Shown: positions 39,562 to 48,909 of the stretch, in pieces | Layout of the letters: each line of letters begins with the position of its first letter | Position numbering within the stretch: position 1 is the first letter of the stretch | Assembly: GCA_963776545.1 (NCBI GenBank) | Contig: CAVZND010000014.1 | Location: 13,740 to 77,739, forward strand | Source of the DNA: an uncultured Chloroflexia bacterium | Lineage (GTDB): Bacteria > Chloroflexota > Limnocylindria > Limnocylindrales > CSP1-4 | DNA length: 64,000 bases | Direction: 5' to 3' | Notes under the pieces: generated by a model | Told to the model about the DNA's origin: nothing | Database searches by the model: none | The model's input: only the letters and a program-made list of their open reading frames with translations | Translations under genes and position numbers: made by a program

Positions 39562-40281
39562 GTGGAGGACCTCAAGGACCAGGTCGTGGCCATCACCGGT
39601 GCGAGCGCCGGGATCGGTCGCGCGACGGCTCGGGAACTGGCTCGCGCGGGCGCGCGCGTCGTCCTGGGGGCACGCCGGCGGGACCGGCTCGACGCCATCG
39701 AGACGGAGTTCCCGGGCCAGGTGGCCGCAGTCGAGATGGACGTGCGGAAGCCTGCGGATAGCAAGCGTCTCGTGGCGACGGCGCTCGAGCGCTTCGGGCG
39801 CCTGGACAGCCTCGTCGCGAACGCCGGCATAGGGATGTACGGCGGCATCCTCGACCGAACGGATGAGGAGCTCGCCACGATGCTCGACACGAACGTCGGC
39901 GGGACGGTCTGGCCGATCCGGGCCGCCGTGCCCGAGATGCTCAAGGCCGGCCGCGGCGACATCGTCATCGTGGCCTCGGTCGCCGGCTTCCGCGGTGGCG
40001 CGGACGAGGCCGTCTATGCCGCGACGAAGTTCGCCCAGGTGGGGCTCGCCGGATCGCTCGATCGCGAACTGCGCGACAAGGGCATCCGGGTCACGACGAT
40101 CGGCCCGGCCGGGACCTCGACCGAGTTCGCGATCGGCGCAGGCCGCACCGAGGGCATGCCCGAGCTCAAGACCTACCTCAAGCCCGAGGACATCGCCTTC
40201 GCCATCCGGACCGTCCTCGAACAGCCCCGCCGGCTGCGGACGCAGTACTGGACGATCTGGAGCATGGCCCAGGGCAGCTGA
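39562..40281 (+). CDS. SDR family oxidoreductase
   Basis: TGASAGIG and YAATK motifs. Confidence 0.85.
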   Translation: MEDLKDQVVAITGASAGIGRATARELARAGARVVLGARRRDRLDAIETEFPGQVAAVEMDVRKPADSKRLVATALERFGRLDSLVANAGIGMYGGILDRTDEELATMLDTNVGGTVWPIRAAVPEMLKAGRGDIVIVASVAGFRGGADEAVYAATKFAQVGLAGSLDRELRDKGIRVTTIGPAGTSTEFAIGAGRTEGMPELKTYLKPEDIAFAIRTVLEQPRRLRTQYWTIWSMAQGS

Positions 40282-40307
40282 GCGTCGCCGACGAGGCTGC
40301 GATGGGC

Positions 40308-40730
40308 CTATCCCAGCAGGGCATCCGTCGCCGGGTCGGCGACGCCGCCGTAATACCGATCGAGTACGTCGACGAATAGCGCTTCGCTCGGGGCTGCCCG
40401 GTGGAACAGCGTCATGCACGAGCGGACCTTCATGGCATCGAGCGAGCCGAAGATCTGCTCCGCCGTTCGACCTCGCGTTTCCATCAGGACGCCGGCGCAC
40501 TCGCGGAGCCGGGCGCCAAGGACCGGGTGCGCGAGGTAGGCCTGGGCCTCGTCCAGCGAGACGATCGAGAAGCGCTGCGACATCGCGCTGTGTCCGAGCC
40601 CCGCGATCTGCGGAAAGACGAACCAGATCCAGTGCCCGGTCTTCCGTCCGGCTCGCAGCTCCGCGAGCGCGCCGCGGTACCCGTGCTCCTGCTCGACGAT
40701 GAATCGCTCGAGGTCGTCCGTCACCGAGCC
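40308..40730 (-). CDS. DUF1810 family protein
   Basis: LERFIVEQEHGYRGALAEL…WIWFVFPQ motif region. Confidence 0.6.
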   Translation of the reverse strand, partial: GSVTDDLERFIVEQEHGYRGALAELRAGRKTGHWIWFVFPQIAGLGHSAMSQRFSIVSLDEAQAYLAHPVLGARLRECAGVLMETRGRTAEQIFGSLDAMKVRSCMTLFHRAAPSEALFVDVLDRYYGGVADPATDALLG

Positions 40731-40815
40731 GCGACACCCGCGCCCGATGGGCTTGCGGCGCCAGCACAACCAACCACGGCGAGGATGACCGCAGCGACCG
40801 CCGCGACCAAGCACA

Positions 40816-42036
40816 TCATCGGGTGAACTCCAATCCGTCGAGGACCGGCTGCACGTCCTTCAGGAAGGCGTCCCAGTCGGCGGCCGGAGCCTCGATGTCG
40901 ACGACCAAGGACGACCCGTCGCCGCGGTCGAGCAGGATGTATCTCGCCCTTCCGGTCCCGATCAGCCGCAATCGGTTCGACCAGTCGCCGCCGTCCGACC
41001 CGCTAAACGAGAACGTGTAGAGGCCGGCGTCGCAAGTGGGCGTCCAGCCGGGAGTCATCGAGAGGTCGACCATGATCCCGCGCAGGCCGCCGATCGTGAC
41101 CTCGGTCGGCGCCGAGACGACGAGACCCGGGAGGGTCCCGAGCCAGTTCGAGAGGTCGTCAGGCGTCCGCCCGACACCGGCGGCGCCCGCGTTCGTGTCG
41201 CAAGGCACGACCTGGTCCGACGCGTAGGCATTCGAGATCAGCGTGACCGTCGCCGAGTCGGATCCGATCGGCCGCCCGAGCCCGAACAGGCCGTTCTTCA
41301 TGTCGGGGCCACCCGCCCAGCCATCGGGCACCGTGTACGCCAGTCGTCCGGTCGTGCCATAGCTGAACGGACGGAAGTCCGTGGCCTGATGGCGACCCGG
41401 CTGCAGGGGCCCGATGTCGGTCCTGGTCCAGTCGCCGTGCAGGACGGCTGCCCGGTCAGTGCACGCATCGCTCACGGGCGTCAACGTCAGGCGCTGACCA
41501 CCCAGCGAGAGGCGGAACTCGTACGTACCTGCGTCGCCCACGTGGCAGTGCCAGTACTGGGACCCCACATCGAGCATCCGAAGCTCGAGGCGGTCGGGTC
41601 CGACCAACGACGCCGTGTTGTGCACGTCGGCGCGGTCGAAGATCGTGAGCGACGTCGGGCCGATGACGATATCCCACCCGAGGACCGTGGTGCCCGAATG
41701 CATGAAAGGAAGCGGGTGGTCCCCGACAGGACGCCATTCGGCCTGGAGCGACGCCGGCAGCGTGCCTGACCCCGCAGACAGCGGGCCCCCGGTGCCGCCG
41801 GTCCGGATGATGAGCCCGGCCCCGATCCCGGCCACGGCCAGCACGACCGCGGCCGCGGCGGCGAACCGCAGGCCGGGATGGATGGCGGGCAACCTCGTTC
41901 GGAGACCGGCGAGGCGTGGCTGCGGGGCACGGTCGATGCGATCGAGGGTGTCGACGAGGAAGCGCTCGGGCATCTGCGTCGGACCCTCGCTGAACCACCG
42001 ATCGAGGACGTTGTCGAGGTCAAGGTCACGCGTCAT
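40816..42036 (-). CDS. putative anti-sigma factor / membrane-anchored protein co-transcribed with the ECF sigma
   Basis: ATGA overlap with the sigma gene. Cytoplasmic N-terminus, one TM segment, ~300-aa extracytoplasmic domain. Confidence 0.55.
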   Translation of the reverse strand: MTRDLDLDNVLDRWFSEGPTQMPERFLVDTLDRIDRAPQPRLAGLRTRLPAIHPGLRFAAAAAVVLAVAGIGAGLIIRTGGTGGPLSAGSGTLPASLQAEWRPVGDHPLPFMHSGTTVLGWDIVIGPTSLTIFDRADVHNTASLVGPDRLELRMLDVGSQYWHCHVGDAGTYEFRLSLGGQRLTLTPVSDACTDRAAVLHGDWTRTDIGPLQPGRHQATDFRPFSYGTTGRLAYTVPDGWAGGPDMKNGLFGLGRPIGSDSATVTLISNAYASDQVVPCDTNAGAAGVGRTPDDLSNWLGTLPGLVVSAPTEVTIGGLRGIMVDLSMTPGWTPTCDAGLYTFSFSGSDGGDWSNRLRLIGTGRARYILLDRGDGSSLVVDIEAPAADWDAFLKDVQPVLDGLEFTR

Positions 42037-42584
42037 GCCGGTCGTCCTCCGATGGCGATCACCCGGGCATCCGCGTCCAGCGCCGCGCGCATCGCGCGGT
42101 GGGCATGGTGGAGTCGGGAACCGGCCGTGCCGACCGGGATGCCCAGGATCTCGGCGATCTCAGCGGCGTCGCGGCCTTCGAAGTGGTGGAGCACGAGGAG
42201 TGCGCGTTGCTCGGCCGGCAGGCGTCGGAAGCCACGCTCGAGCTGGTCGCGATCGGCGACGCTGAGGAAGTCGTCGCGCACCGTCGGGGCGTCCATCGGC
42301 AGGACGCGCAGGTTCGCGACGCGGCGACGCTCACGCTTCGCTTCGGCGAGGCACGCGCGGACGACGAGTCGGTGGAGCCAGGCGTCGAAGCGGTCCGGAT
42401 CCCGGAGGCCGGGCAGGTCCCGCCAGGCAACGATCAGCGCCTCCTGCAGGGCGTCCTCGGCCCGATCGACGTCACGGAGGATCCGCTGGGCGAGCGCGTA
42501 CAGGCGGTCGCCCCGCACCCGGATCAGGTCGGCATACGCCTCCCGGTCGCGGCCCCGTGCCGCTTCGACCAGATCGCGATCCAT
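42033..42584 (-). CDS. RNA polymerase ECF-type sigma-70 factor
   Basis: Sigma70 region 2 and region 4 motifs. Confidence 0.85.
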   Translation of the reverse strand: MDRDLVEAARGRDREAYADLIRVRGDRLYALAQRILRDVDRAEDALQEALIVAWRDLPGLRDPDRFDAWLHRLVVRACLAEAKRERRRVANLRVLPMDAPTVRDDFLSVADRDQLERGFRRLPAEQRALLVLHHFEGRDAAEIAEILGIPVGTAGSRLHHAHRAMRAALDADARVIAIGGRPA

Positions 42585-42764
42585 CGCGCCTGCTTTGCGC
42601 TGGCACCCAGAGGGGGCGCTGTCCGGACACTATGGGGCCGAAACGCGGGCTGCCCTTCAATCTCGGGCGATGGGAGCGCAAACGCCTCGACCTTTGACGA
42701 CCCGGGCCTCGACGCGACGGGGATCATCGCGGCATGATGCTCAGGCCCTGCATGGAGTCGGTGG

Positions 42765-43925
42765 ATGTTGTCCCGTCCCGAGCCCGCGTGCCTGCTGATC
42801 GCTGACATCTCCGGTTACACCAGCTACCTGGCCGGTGCCGAGCTCGATCACGCCCAGGACATCCTGGCCGACCTGATGACCACCGTCGTGACCGCCCTCA
42901 GGCCGACGTTCCGCCTGGCGAAGCTCGAAGGCGATGCGGCCTTCGCCTATGTGATCGCGGAGCGGATCGACGGCTCGCAGCTCCTCGACACGGTCGAACG
43001 GACCTACTTCGCGTTCCGGCGGCGACTCCGCGACATCGCCCAGGCGACCGCCTGCGAGTGCAACGCCTGCGTCCTGATGCCGCGGCTCGATCTCAAGGTC
43101 ATCGCCCACCACGGTTCGGTCATCCGCCACCGGGTCGCCGGACACGAGGAGCTGGTCGGCTCCGACGTCATCGTCGCCCATCGGCTGCTCAAGAACCACG
43201 TCGTCGAACGGCTCGGTCTGCCGGCCTACGCCCTGTTCAGCGCGCCGTGCATCGAGATGATGGGCGTGGACCCCGTCGCGCTCGGCATGGCCGAGCATCG
43301 GGACACGTACGACGACCTGGGCGAGGTCGTCGGCTGGGTCCACGATCTCGGGGCGGCCTGGGCCGCCGAACTCGAGCGCCGGCGCGTGGTCGTCTCGGAG
43401 CGTGACGCCGGGTACATCTACGACGTCGTCCAGCCGGCGCCCCGGGACATCGTTTGGTCGTTCGTCACCGACCCGGCCCTCCGGCCCCGGTGGCAGGCTG
43501 GCGTGACCGGCGTGGACCAGCTGCCCACCAGCCCCCGACGCGGCACCGGGACGATGAACCATTGCATGCATGGGGCGGAGGTCCTCGTCGAGGAGATCCT
43601 CGACTGGCGACCCGTCGACCACGTCACGATCCGCACGACCCTGCCCAACGGCTTCCAGGCCATGAACACGTTCGCGTTCGAGGACGCAGAGGAGGGGACG
43701 CGTGTTCGGATCCTTTTCACCTGGGGCAAGAACCGTCGCGAGCGCGAGGCGGCCGGGGCCATGCGCGAGTTCATCGCGCCGCTGGTCGAACTCGGCCAGT
43801 CGAACCTGCACGACGTACTGGTCGAGGAGATGGCGAACCGTGCGGCGATCGCGGCGGAGGTCCCGCCCGAACCGGCGGCACCCGAATCCCTTGAACGGGA
43901 GCTGCGCGAGCCGATCCGGCTCTAG
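42765..43925 (+). CDS. DUF2652 domain + SRPBCC (polyketide cyclase/dehydrase-like) protein
   Basis: 386 aa; divergent from the ECF sigma. Confidence 0.6.
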   Translation: MLSRPEPACLLIADISGYTSYLAGAELDHAQDILADLMTTVVTALRPTFRLAKLEGDAAFAYVIAERIDGSQLLDTVERTYFAFRRRLRDIAQATACECNACVLMPRLDLKVIAHHGSVIRHRVAGHEELVGSDVIVAHRLLKNHVVERLGLPAYALFSAPCIEMMGVDPVALGMAEHRDTYDDLGEVVGWVHDLGAAWAAELERRRVVVSERDAGYIYDVVQPAPRDIVWSFVTDPALRPRWQAGVTGVDQLPTSPRRGTGTMNHCMHGAEVLVEEILDWRPVDHVTIRTTLPNGFQAMNTFAFEDAEEGTRVRILFTWGKNRREREAAGAMREFIAPLVELGQSNLHDVLVEEMANRAAIAAEVPPEPAAPESLERELREPIRL

Positions 43926-43940
43926 AAGGAGGATCGAGCT

Positions 43941-44384
43941 GTGAGCCCATCGGTCGACATCAGTGCACTCCCAAGGTGGGGTTTTGCCGATCCCGGACCG
44001 CTGCGAGATGAGCTGACCGCCCTGGCCTTGTCCGGTCACAAGACGACCACGGCCAGCCTGTTGGTCGAGTTCGCGCTCGAGGGCGAGTCCGTCCCGGTGG
44101 CCGGCCAGCTCGACGTGCTCATGGACTCGGACCAGCGTCCGGTCGCGATCGTCGAGAACATCAGCGTCCGCACCGTGCGATTGGCCGACGTCGACAATCA
44201 GCATGCGATCGATGAGGGTGAGGGGTATGCCGATGCCGCCGCGTTCCGGGTCGACCACGAGGCCTACTGGAACGGCTACATCGACTGGATCCGGAACGGT
44301 CTCGGCGATCCCGGCTTCACCCTGACCGATGACACGCTGGTCGTCCTCGAGCGGTTCCGGATCCTCGAACGCCTCGAGCCGTGA
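43941..44384 (+). CDS. ASCH domain protein
   Basis: 147 aa, ASCH-like beta-barrel pattern. Confidence 0.65.
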   Translation: MSPSVDISALPRWGFADPGPLRDELTALALSGHKTTTASLLVEFALEGESVPVAGQLDVLMDSDQRPVAIVENISVRTVRLADVDNQHAIDEGEGYADAAAFRVDHEAYWNGYIDWIRNGLGDPGFTLTDDTLVVLERFRILERLEP

Positions 44385-44393
44385 GGAATGAAA

Positions 44394-44424
44394 CCTCGTC
44401 GCCCTTCCGGAGCGCTAGCCGATA
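44394..44424. repeat. imperfect direct repeat A (28/31 identical to 45438..45468)
   Basis: CCTCGTCGCcCTTCCgGAGCGCTAGCCGaTA. Contains overlapping palindromes AGCGCT/GCTAGC. Confidence 0.8.
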
Positions 44425-44513
44425 ACTCGGCTCACCCAGCCTAGGATCCGCTGAGGGGGCCGCCGTCAGCTCGACGGTCATCGAATCGGCCGTTCGCACT
44501 CCCGGCCGAAGCG

Positions 44514-45329
44514 TTGCAGCTGTGTGCCATCATCCTGCCGATGAGCCAGAAGCCGGGAGGAGAGGGTCCCGCCACGCCGTCGCCTCCAGGTGACCCCACC
44601 TGGCTGCATCGGAACGTCGGGAAGATTTTCGCGGGCGTAGTGACACTCGTCGTAGCGCCGCTCTTTGTCGCGATCGTTGCCCCGGCGATCACCCCCTTGG
44701 TCATTGGCGGCCCCTCGCCTGCACCGACCCACGTCTTTGAGGAGACCAACGGACCTACAGCTCCTCCACTAACGGATACAGACGTCCGCTTCTACCGGCC
44801 ATTCACGGACCAGGGCCTGCCGCCCTACGCTGACGTGACGAAAGTCAAGGGCGGATGCTTCTCTGAGTCGATGACGAGCGCGGATCCGCAGGCCCTGCGG
44901 TGTTCGTACGACGATGTCGATGGGAGTCCGATCCTCGATCCGTGTTGGGTGAATGTCGAACGAACGCAGGTGGCCTGTCCCAGGTCGCCATGGGGCAGCG
45001 ATATCACCTTGATGGATCCCTTGACCGAGCTTTATGAGGACCCAAACGCTGACGGGCTGGCAACGCCAGATCCGACGAGCAATCCTTTCGCGATCGAACT
45101 TGTGACGGCGGCAGGAACGCACTACGGGTGCATAGCGATCGTCGCCTACGCCGGCGACGTCGCCGGCTACCGCCGGAATTACGACTGCGCACCAATCGAC
45201 AATGACGTCGTCCTGCCCGGCTACGCCTTCGGCGATCCCGATCGTTCGCGAGACCTGTGGCGCATTCGGTTCGCGGCGACCGACAGCACCGACCTAGTCC
45301 TCGTCAGCGTGGTGCGCGTCTGGTTGTAG
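44514..45329 (+). CDS. hypothetical membrane-anchored secreted protein (Cys-containing), lower GC
   Basis: TTG at 44514 or ATG at 44541. One N-terminal TM segment. GC ~60% against ~70% in the flanks. Confidence 0.5.
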   Translation: MQLCAIILPMSQKPGGEGPATPSPPGDPTWLHRNVGKIFAGVVTLVVAPLFVAIVAPAITPLVIGGPSPAPTHVFEETNGPTAPPLTDTDVRFYRPFTDQGLPPYADVTKVKGGCFSESMTSADPQALRCSYDDVDGSPILDPCWVNVERTQVACPRSPWGSDITLMDPLTELYEDPNADGLATPDPTSNPFAIELVTAAGTHYGCIAIVAYAGDVAGYRRNYDCAPIDNDVVLPGYAFGDPDRSRDLWRIRFAATDSTDLVLVSVVRVWL

Positions 45330-45437
45330 CCCACCAATCTCGATCGGCGGCGGAGTCAGGCGTCCGGGTTCGGCTCGAGCGTCATCGGTGCGACGGCCTC
45401 CTCCTATGGCCGCTGCGAACTGCGACCAGTCGGCCAC

Positions 45438-45468
45438 CCTCGTCGCACTTCCCGAGCGCTAGCCGTTA
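45438..45468. repeat. imperfect direct repeat B
   Basis: CCTCGTCGCaCTTCCcGAGCGCTAGCCGtTA. Lies between the convergent genes 44514..45329 and 45527..46264. Confidence 0.8.
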
Positions 45469-45526
45469 GTCGCGAGTCTCGCCATCCTGACGACCCTGTG
45501 AGGTTGCACGAACGCCTCATTCGCGC

Positions 45527-46264
45527 TCAGGGCCAAAGCTGTGGCCGCGTGGTTGGCTTTGCTAACGAGACAGTGACTGCACCCGTCCAGACCTGCTCGA
45601 CGTCCTCGGCGCCCATCACGGCAGCCGCGGCAGCGCGCTGAGCCCAGTCGAGAACGCGTCGCCAACCCGGGTCGGTGATGACTGGCTCCAGCGTGCAGCC
45701 ATCGCGCATTTCGTAGAGGTGATCACTGGTCCGGCATGCCAGCATCGTCAGCGCCGAGTCGATGCGGCTCGTGGCCGAGTACGACGTGTCCTCAAGACCC
45801 AACAGCCGCAAGCGTGCGTAGTCCGGGAAAGGTGGGGTGCCGGCGGGCAGGGTGGCGGCCAGGGCCTCGACCTCGGCGGAAGTCATGCGCTCAGTCAAGG
45901 TGACGATCTGGAGGGCCCGATCGCCGTGTGGCCCAAAGGCGACTGCAAGGGGTAGTTCCTCGAGCACCCGGTAGGCCTCGCAGTAGCCGGTTGTCGGCCA
46001 CTTCGCCGTGAAGCTGCGCTCCTCGAGACCCTCGACTTCACCGACCCTGAACAGTCGGGCGTTTGGGCCGTAGGTGTGGCAGTCCGTCGCCTCGCGGACC
46101 AGCTCGAAGCGATATGGCTGACCCATGAACCAGGAGGGCGCAGGCGTGTCCTTGGCGTCACGTCGCTCACCGACCACGGGGCAGCGCTCATGGCGGCGGA
46201 TCTCCGGGTTCCAGTGGACGAAATAGGTCTGGTCACTGGCAACCCGACGTAGGCGCTTGAACAT
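45527..46264 (-). CDS. hypothetical protein, lower GC
   Basis: ATG at 46264. The track ORF's N-terminal extension (…LCQLSY…) is antisense of the tRNA. Confidence 0.5.
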   Translation of the reverse strand: MFKRLRRVASDQTYFVHWNPEIRRHERCPVVGERRDAKDTPAPSWFMGQPYRFELVREATDCHTYGPNARLFRVGEVEGLEERSFTAKWPTTGYCEAYRVLEELPLAVAFGPHGDRALQIVTLTERMTSAEVEALAATLPAGTPPFPDYARLRLLGLEDTSYSATSRIDSALTMLACRTSDHLYEMRDGCTLEPVITDPGWRRVLDWAQRAAAAAVMGAEDVEQVWTGAVTVSLAKPTTRPQLWP

Positions 46265-46363
46265 GCGAGCAGCGTCCACTGCAGGTGTGTGAGCCGCAAG
46301 TGGGCCGAACGTCCTGCCCTTCGCCAGGTCGTCGAAGAACGCCTGATAGACTTCGCGCCGCGG

Positions 46364-46439
46364 GCGGGAGTAGCTCAGTTGGCAGAGCGGCAGCCTTCCA
46401 AGCTGCATGTCGCGAGTTCGAACCTCGTCTCCCGCTCCA
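46364..46439 (+). tRNA. tRNA-Gly (anticodon UCC), CCA encoded
   Basis: Cloverleaf reconstructed by hand. Acceptor GCGGGAG/CTCCCGC, D-arm GCTC-AGTTGGCA-GAGC, anticodon stem GCAGC/GCTGC, loop CTTCCAA, T-loop TTCGAAC, discriminator U. Confidence 0.9.
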
Positions 46440-46471
46440 GACCCAACCTCAGTCAGCCGGCGTTTCGTGCC

Positions 46472-47047
46472 TCACCGCGCGCCGATCACGCCGGATCGGC
46501 TGGCCTGCCCGAGGTGGGCGACCCAGGACTCGAGCACGCGACGATGCCGGTCTTCGAGCTTGACCAGCCCTCGCCTCGAGTGCAGCAGGTCGCGCACTGC
46601 GTCGAAGGTCATCCCGTCGGTCTTCATGAGGTAGGCGGCGAGGACCGTCGCCGATCGACCCCTCCCCTTCGCGCAGTGGATGAGGAGCGTCCGACCGTCC
46701 GCGAGCTGGTCCTCGATCCAGACGACAGCCTCGGTCAGGACGGCCTCGTCCGGCACGGTCACGTCGGGCACGTGGAACTGGCGATGCGTGATGCCGTGCG
46801 CGTCGTAGAAGGCGAGCTTGGACGTGCGCTCCGCCCGGGTGTCCAGCACGGCCGTGATCCCGAGCGTGGTGATCGCCTCGTAGTCCCGCCGGTATGTCGG
46901 CGCGCCGCCGAGCCAGAGCCTGGGCTCGATCTGCGAGAACCAGGCGTTGCCCATGAGTCGCTCGTACGTGAACCGGATCGCGGGGTACAGGCGGTCGAAC
47001 GCCCGGTGGAACGTGGACAGGCGGGGTCGCGGCTCAGGGGACGACAA
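46472..47047 (-). CDS. dual-specificity protein phosphatase (CX5R)
   Basis: HCAKGRGRS active-site motif. Confidence 0.8.
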   Translation of the reverse strand: MSSPEPRPRLSTFHRAFDRLYPAIRFTYERLMGNAWFSQIEPRLWLGGAPTYRRDYEAITTLGITAVLDTRAERTSKLAFYDAHGITHRQFHVPDVTVPDEAVLTEAVVWIEDQLADGRTLLIHCAKGRGRSATVLAAYLMKTDGMTFDAVRDLLHSRRGLVKLEDRHRRVLESWVAHLGQASRSGVIGAR

Positions 47048-47957
47048 TGTCCACGGCCCCGGGCATGACGTCGACCGTCACGGGCGTGCGCCCGATGTAC
47101 TCGCCGTCCGTCCACACGGGCTGGTCGGGTTGGGTCTCGATCGTGATCGAGCGGCACTGGCGGTGGTAGCGGGTCGCTTCCGCCGTGGGCAGGTCCAGGA
47201 AGCGGATGACGGCGGTCGCGATCGTCGCGTAGGAGTTCTTGTCGATGAGGAAGCAGTCGAGCAGCCCGTCATCGACCGCATACGAGTGGGTGATCCTGAG
47301 TCCGCTCCCCATCATCCCGGAATTGACGACGTAGACCCTCGAGGCGTCGAACTCGAGCAATTCGCCGTCCAGCTCGACGTGGTAGTGGGCGTTGGGCGTC
47401 GCGTCTCCGACATGGCGGGTGGCGTTGACCAGGTACGCGAACACCCCGTACTTGTCCTTGAGCTCTCGACTCGTCTGCGCCTCTGGTTCGACCCCCACGT
47501 ACATCCGCTGCACGAAGTACCGGTCGGCGGTCTCAGCCTGCCCGAGGTCGCGGAGCCGGCCGACGTCGACGGCACGCGTCGTCCGACTGGTGCACAAGAC
47601 CTCCGTGGCCTCCCGGAGATTGCTCGGCACGCCCATCTCCCGGGCGAACCCGTTGCCCGTCCCCCCGGGCAGGATGCCCATCGGCGTTCGGTGCCCGGTC
47701 CGGACCGCCTCCTTCAGGAGGGCATTGACGATCTCGTGCTGCGTGCCGTCTCCGCCGTAGCCGGCGACGAGGTCCATGCCGTCCTCGGTCGCCTTCCTCG
47801 CTTGGGCGGCGGCATCCCCGTACTTGTGGGTGACGCTGACGTCCCATTCCACCTCGTACCGTCGGAAGACGTCGTTGATCGTGTTGAGGATCGGCTCGTC
47901 GCCGCCCGAGGCCGGGTTGATGATCACGTGCACACGGCGGTACGGCGCATCGGGCAC
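47034..47957 (-). CDS. diacylglycerol kinase catalytic-domain lipid kinase (YegS/DagK-like)
   Basis: GGDGT motif and NPxSGG N-terminus. Confidence 0.85.
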   Translation of the reverse strand: MPDAPYRRVHVIINPASGGDEPILNTINDVFRRYEVEWDVSVTHKYGDAAAQARKATEDGMDLVAGYGGDGTQHEIVNALLKEAVRTGHRTPMGILPGGTGNGFAREMGVPSNLREATEVLCTSRTTRAVDVGRLRDLGQAETADRYFVQRMYVGVEPEAQTSRELKDKYGVFAYLVNATRHVGDATPNAHYHVELDGELLEFDASRVYVVNSGMMGSGLRITHSYAVDDGLLDCFLIDKNSYATIATAVIRFLDLPTAEATRYHRQCRSITIETQPDQPVWTDGEYIGRTPVTVDVMPGAVDIVVP

Positions 47958-48126
47958 GGGCGTGCTCCTGCTTCGGTCAGCCCTGTCGTGACGATGATGC
48001 CTGAATTTGTATCGCTCGTCGCGTCCCGAGCAGGCGTGTGGCTGTGGACATGTGCACGTTTGGTAGCATCAGCCTAGTCATACGAGCTGGACCGCAGCGC
48101 CTGCGGCCGTCCCACGGGAGTCCGCC

Positions 48127-48909
48127 ATGACGACCGGTACGCTCGCGGGCCAGGCGGCGATCGTCACCGGTGGCGCTCGAGGCATCGGCCGGGCGATCGC
48201 GGCACGGTTCGCCCGCGACGGCGCCGACGTCCTGATCGCCGACCTTGACCAGGCGACCGGCGAGACCACCGCGGCGGAGATCGGCGACGAAGCGGCTGGC
48301 GGAGTGGCCTTCGTCCAGGCCGATTGCGCCGACCGTCACGACGTCGAGCGTGTCGTGGACCAGGCGATCGGCATGTTCGGACGGCTCGACATCTTCATGG
48401 CCAACGCGGGCATCGGCTCCACTGTCGCGTTCCTCGACACGACCGACGCGCAGTGGGATCGCGTGCTGGCCACGAACCTGCGCGGCGCCTTCATCGGGGT
48501 GCAGTCGGCGGCGCGGGCGATGCGCGCGGCGGGCAACGGCCGGATCGTCGTGACAGCCTCGACGAACGCGTTCTGGATGGAGACGAACCTCGCCGCGTAC
48601 AACGCGTCGAAGGCGGGCGTCCTTGCCATGGTCCGGACCGCCGCGATGGAGCTCGCGCCCCTCGGCATCACGGTCAACGCCGTCGGGCCGGGCCTGATCG
48701 CGACCGACCTGACCCGCGAGGTGACCGACGATCCCGCCAGCGCCCGGGCCTACCTCAGCCAGATCCCCCTCGGGCGCTTCGGCGAACCGGACGACGTCGC
48801 GGGCGCCGTGGCGTTCCTCGTCTCGCCCGACGCGGCCTGGATCACTGGCCACCTCCTCGTCGTCGATGGCGGCCAGACCCTCGGAACCCCGTTCCGCGAC
48901 CCACCATGA
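48127..48909 (+). CDS. SDR family oxidoreductase
   Basis: TGGARGIG, NAG and YNASK motifs. Confidence 0.85.
   Translation: MTTGTLAGQAAIVTGGARGIGRAIAARFARDGADVLIADLDQATGETTAAEIGDEAAGGVAFVQADCADRHDVERVVDQAIGMFGRLDIFMANAGIGSTVAFLDTTDAQWDRVLATNLRGAFIGVQSAARAMRAAGNGRIVVTASTNAFWMETNLAAYNASKAGVLAMVRTAAMELAPLGITVNAVGPGLIATDLTREVTDDPASARAYLSQIPLGRFGEPDDVAGAVAFLVSPDAAWITGHLLVVDGGQTLGTPFRDPP

Noticed and set aside
44394-45468. Integron gene-cassette (attC) interpretation of the 31-bp repeats flanking ORF 44514..45329
   Set aside because: The repeats are short, ~31 bp, and do not contain the R''/L''/L'/R' cores (RYYYAAC…GTTRRRY) of attC sites. No intI or other integrase is nearby.
46350-46408. N-terminus of ORF 45527..46408 (MQLGRLPLCQLSYSRP…)
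   Set aside because: This stretch is the reverse complement of the tRNA-Gly gene, a classic tRNA-antisense artefact. The likely true start is downstream, ATG at 46264 or GTG at 46351.
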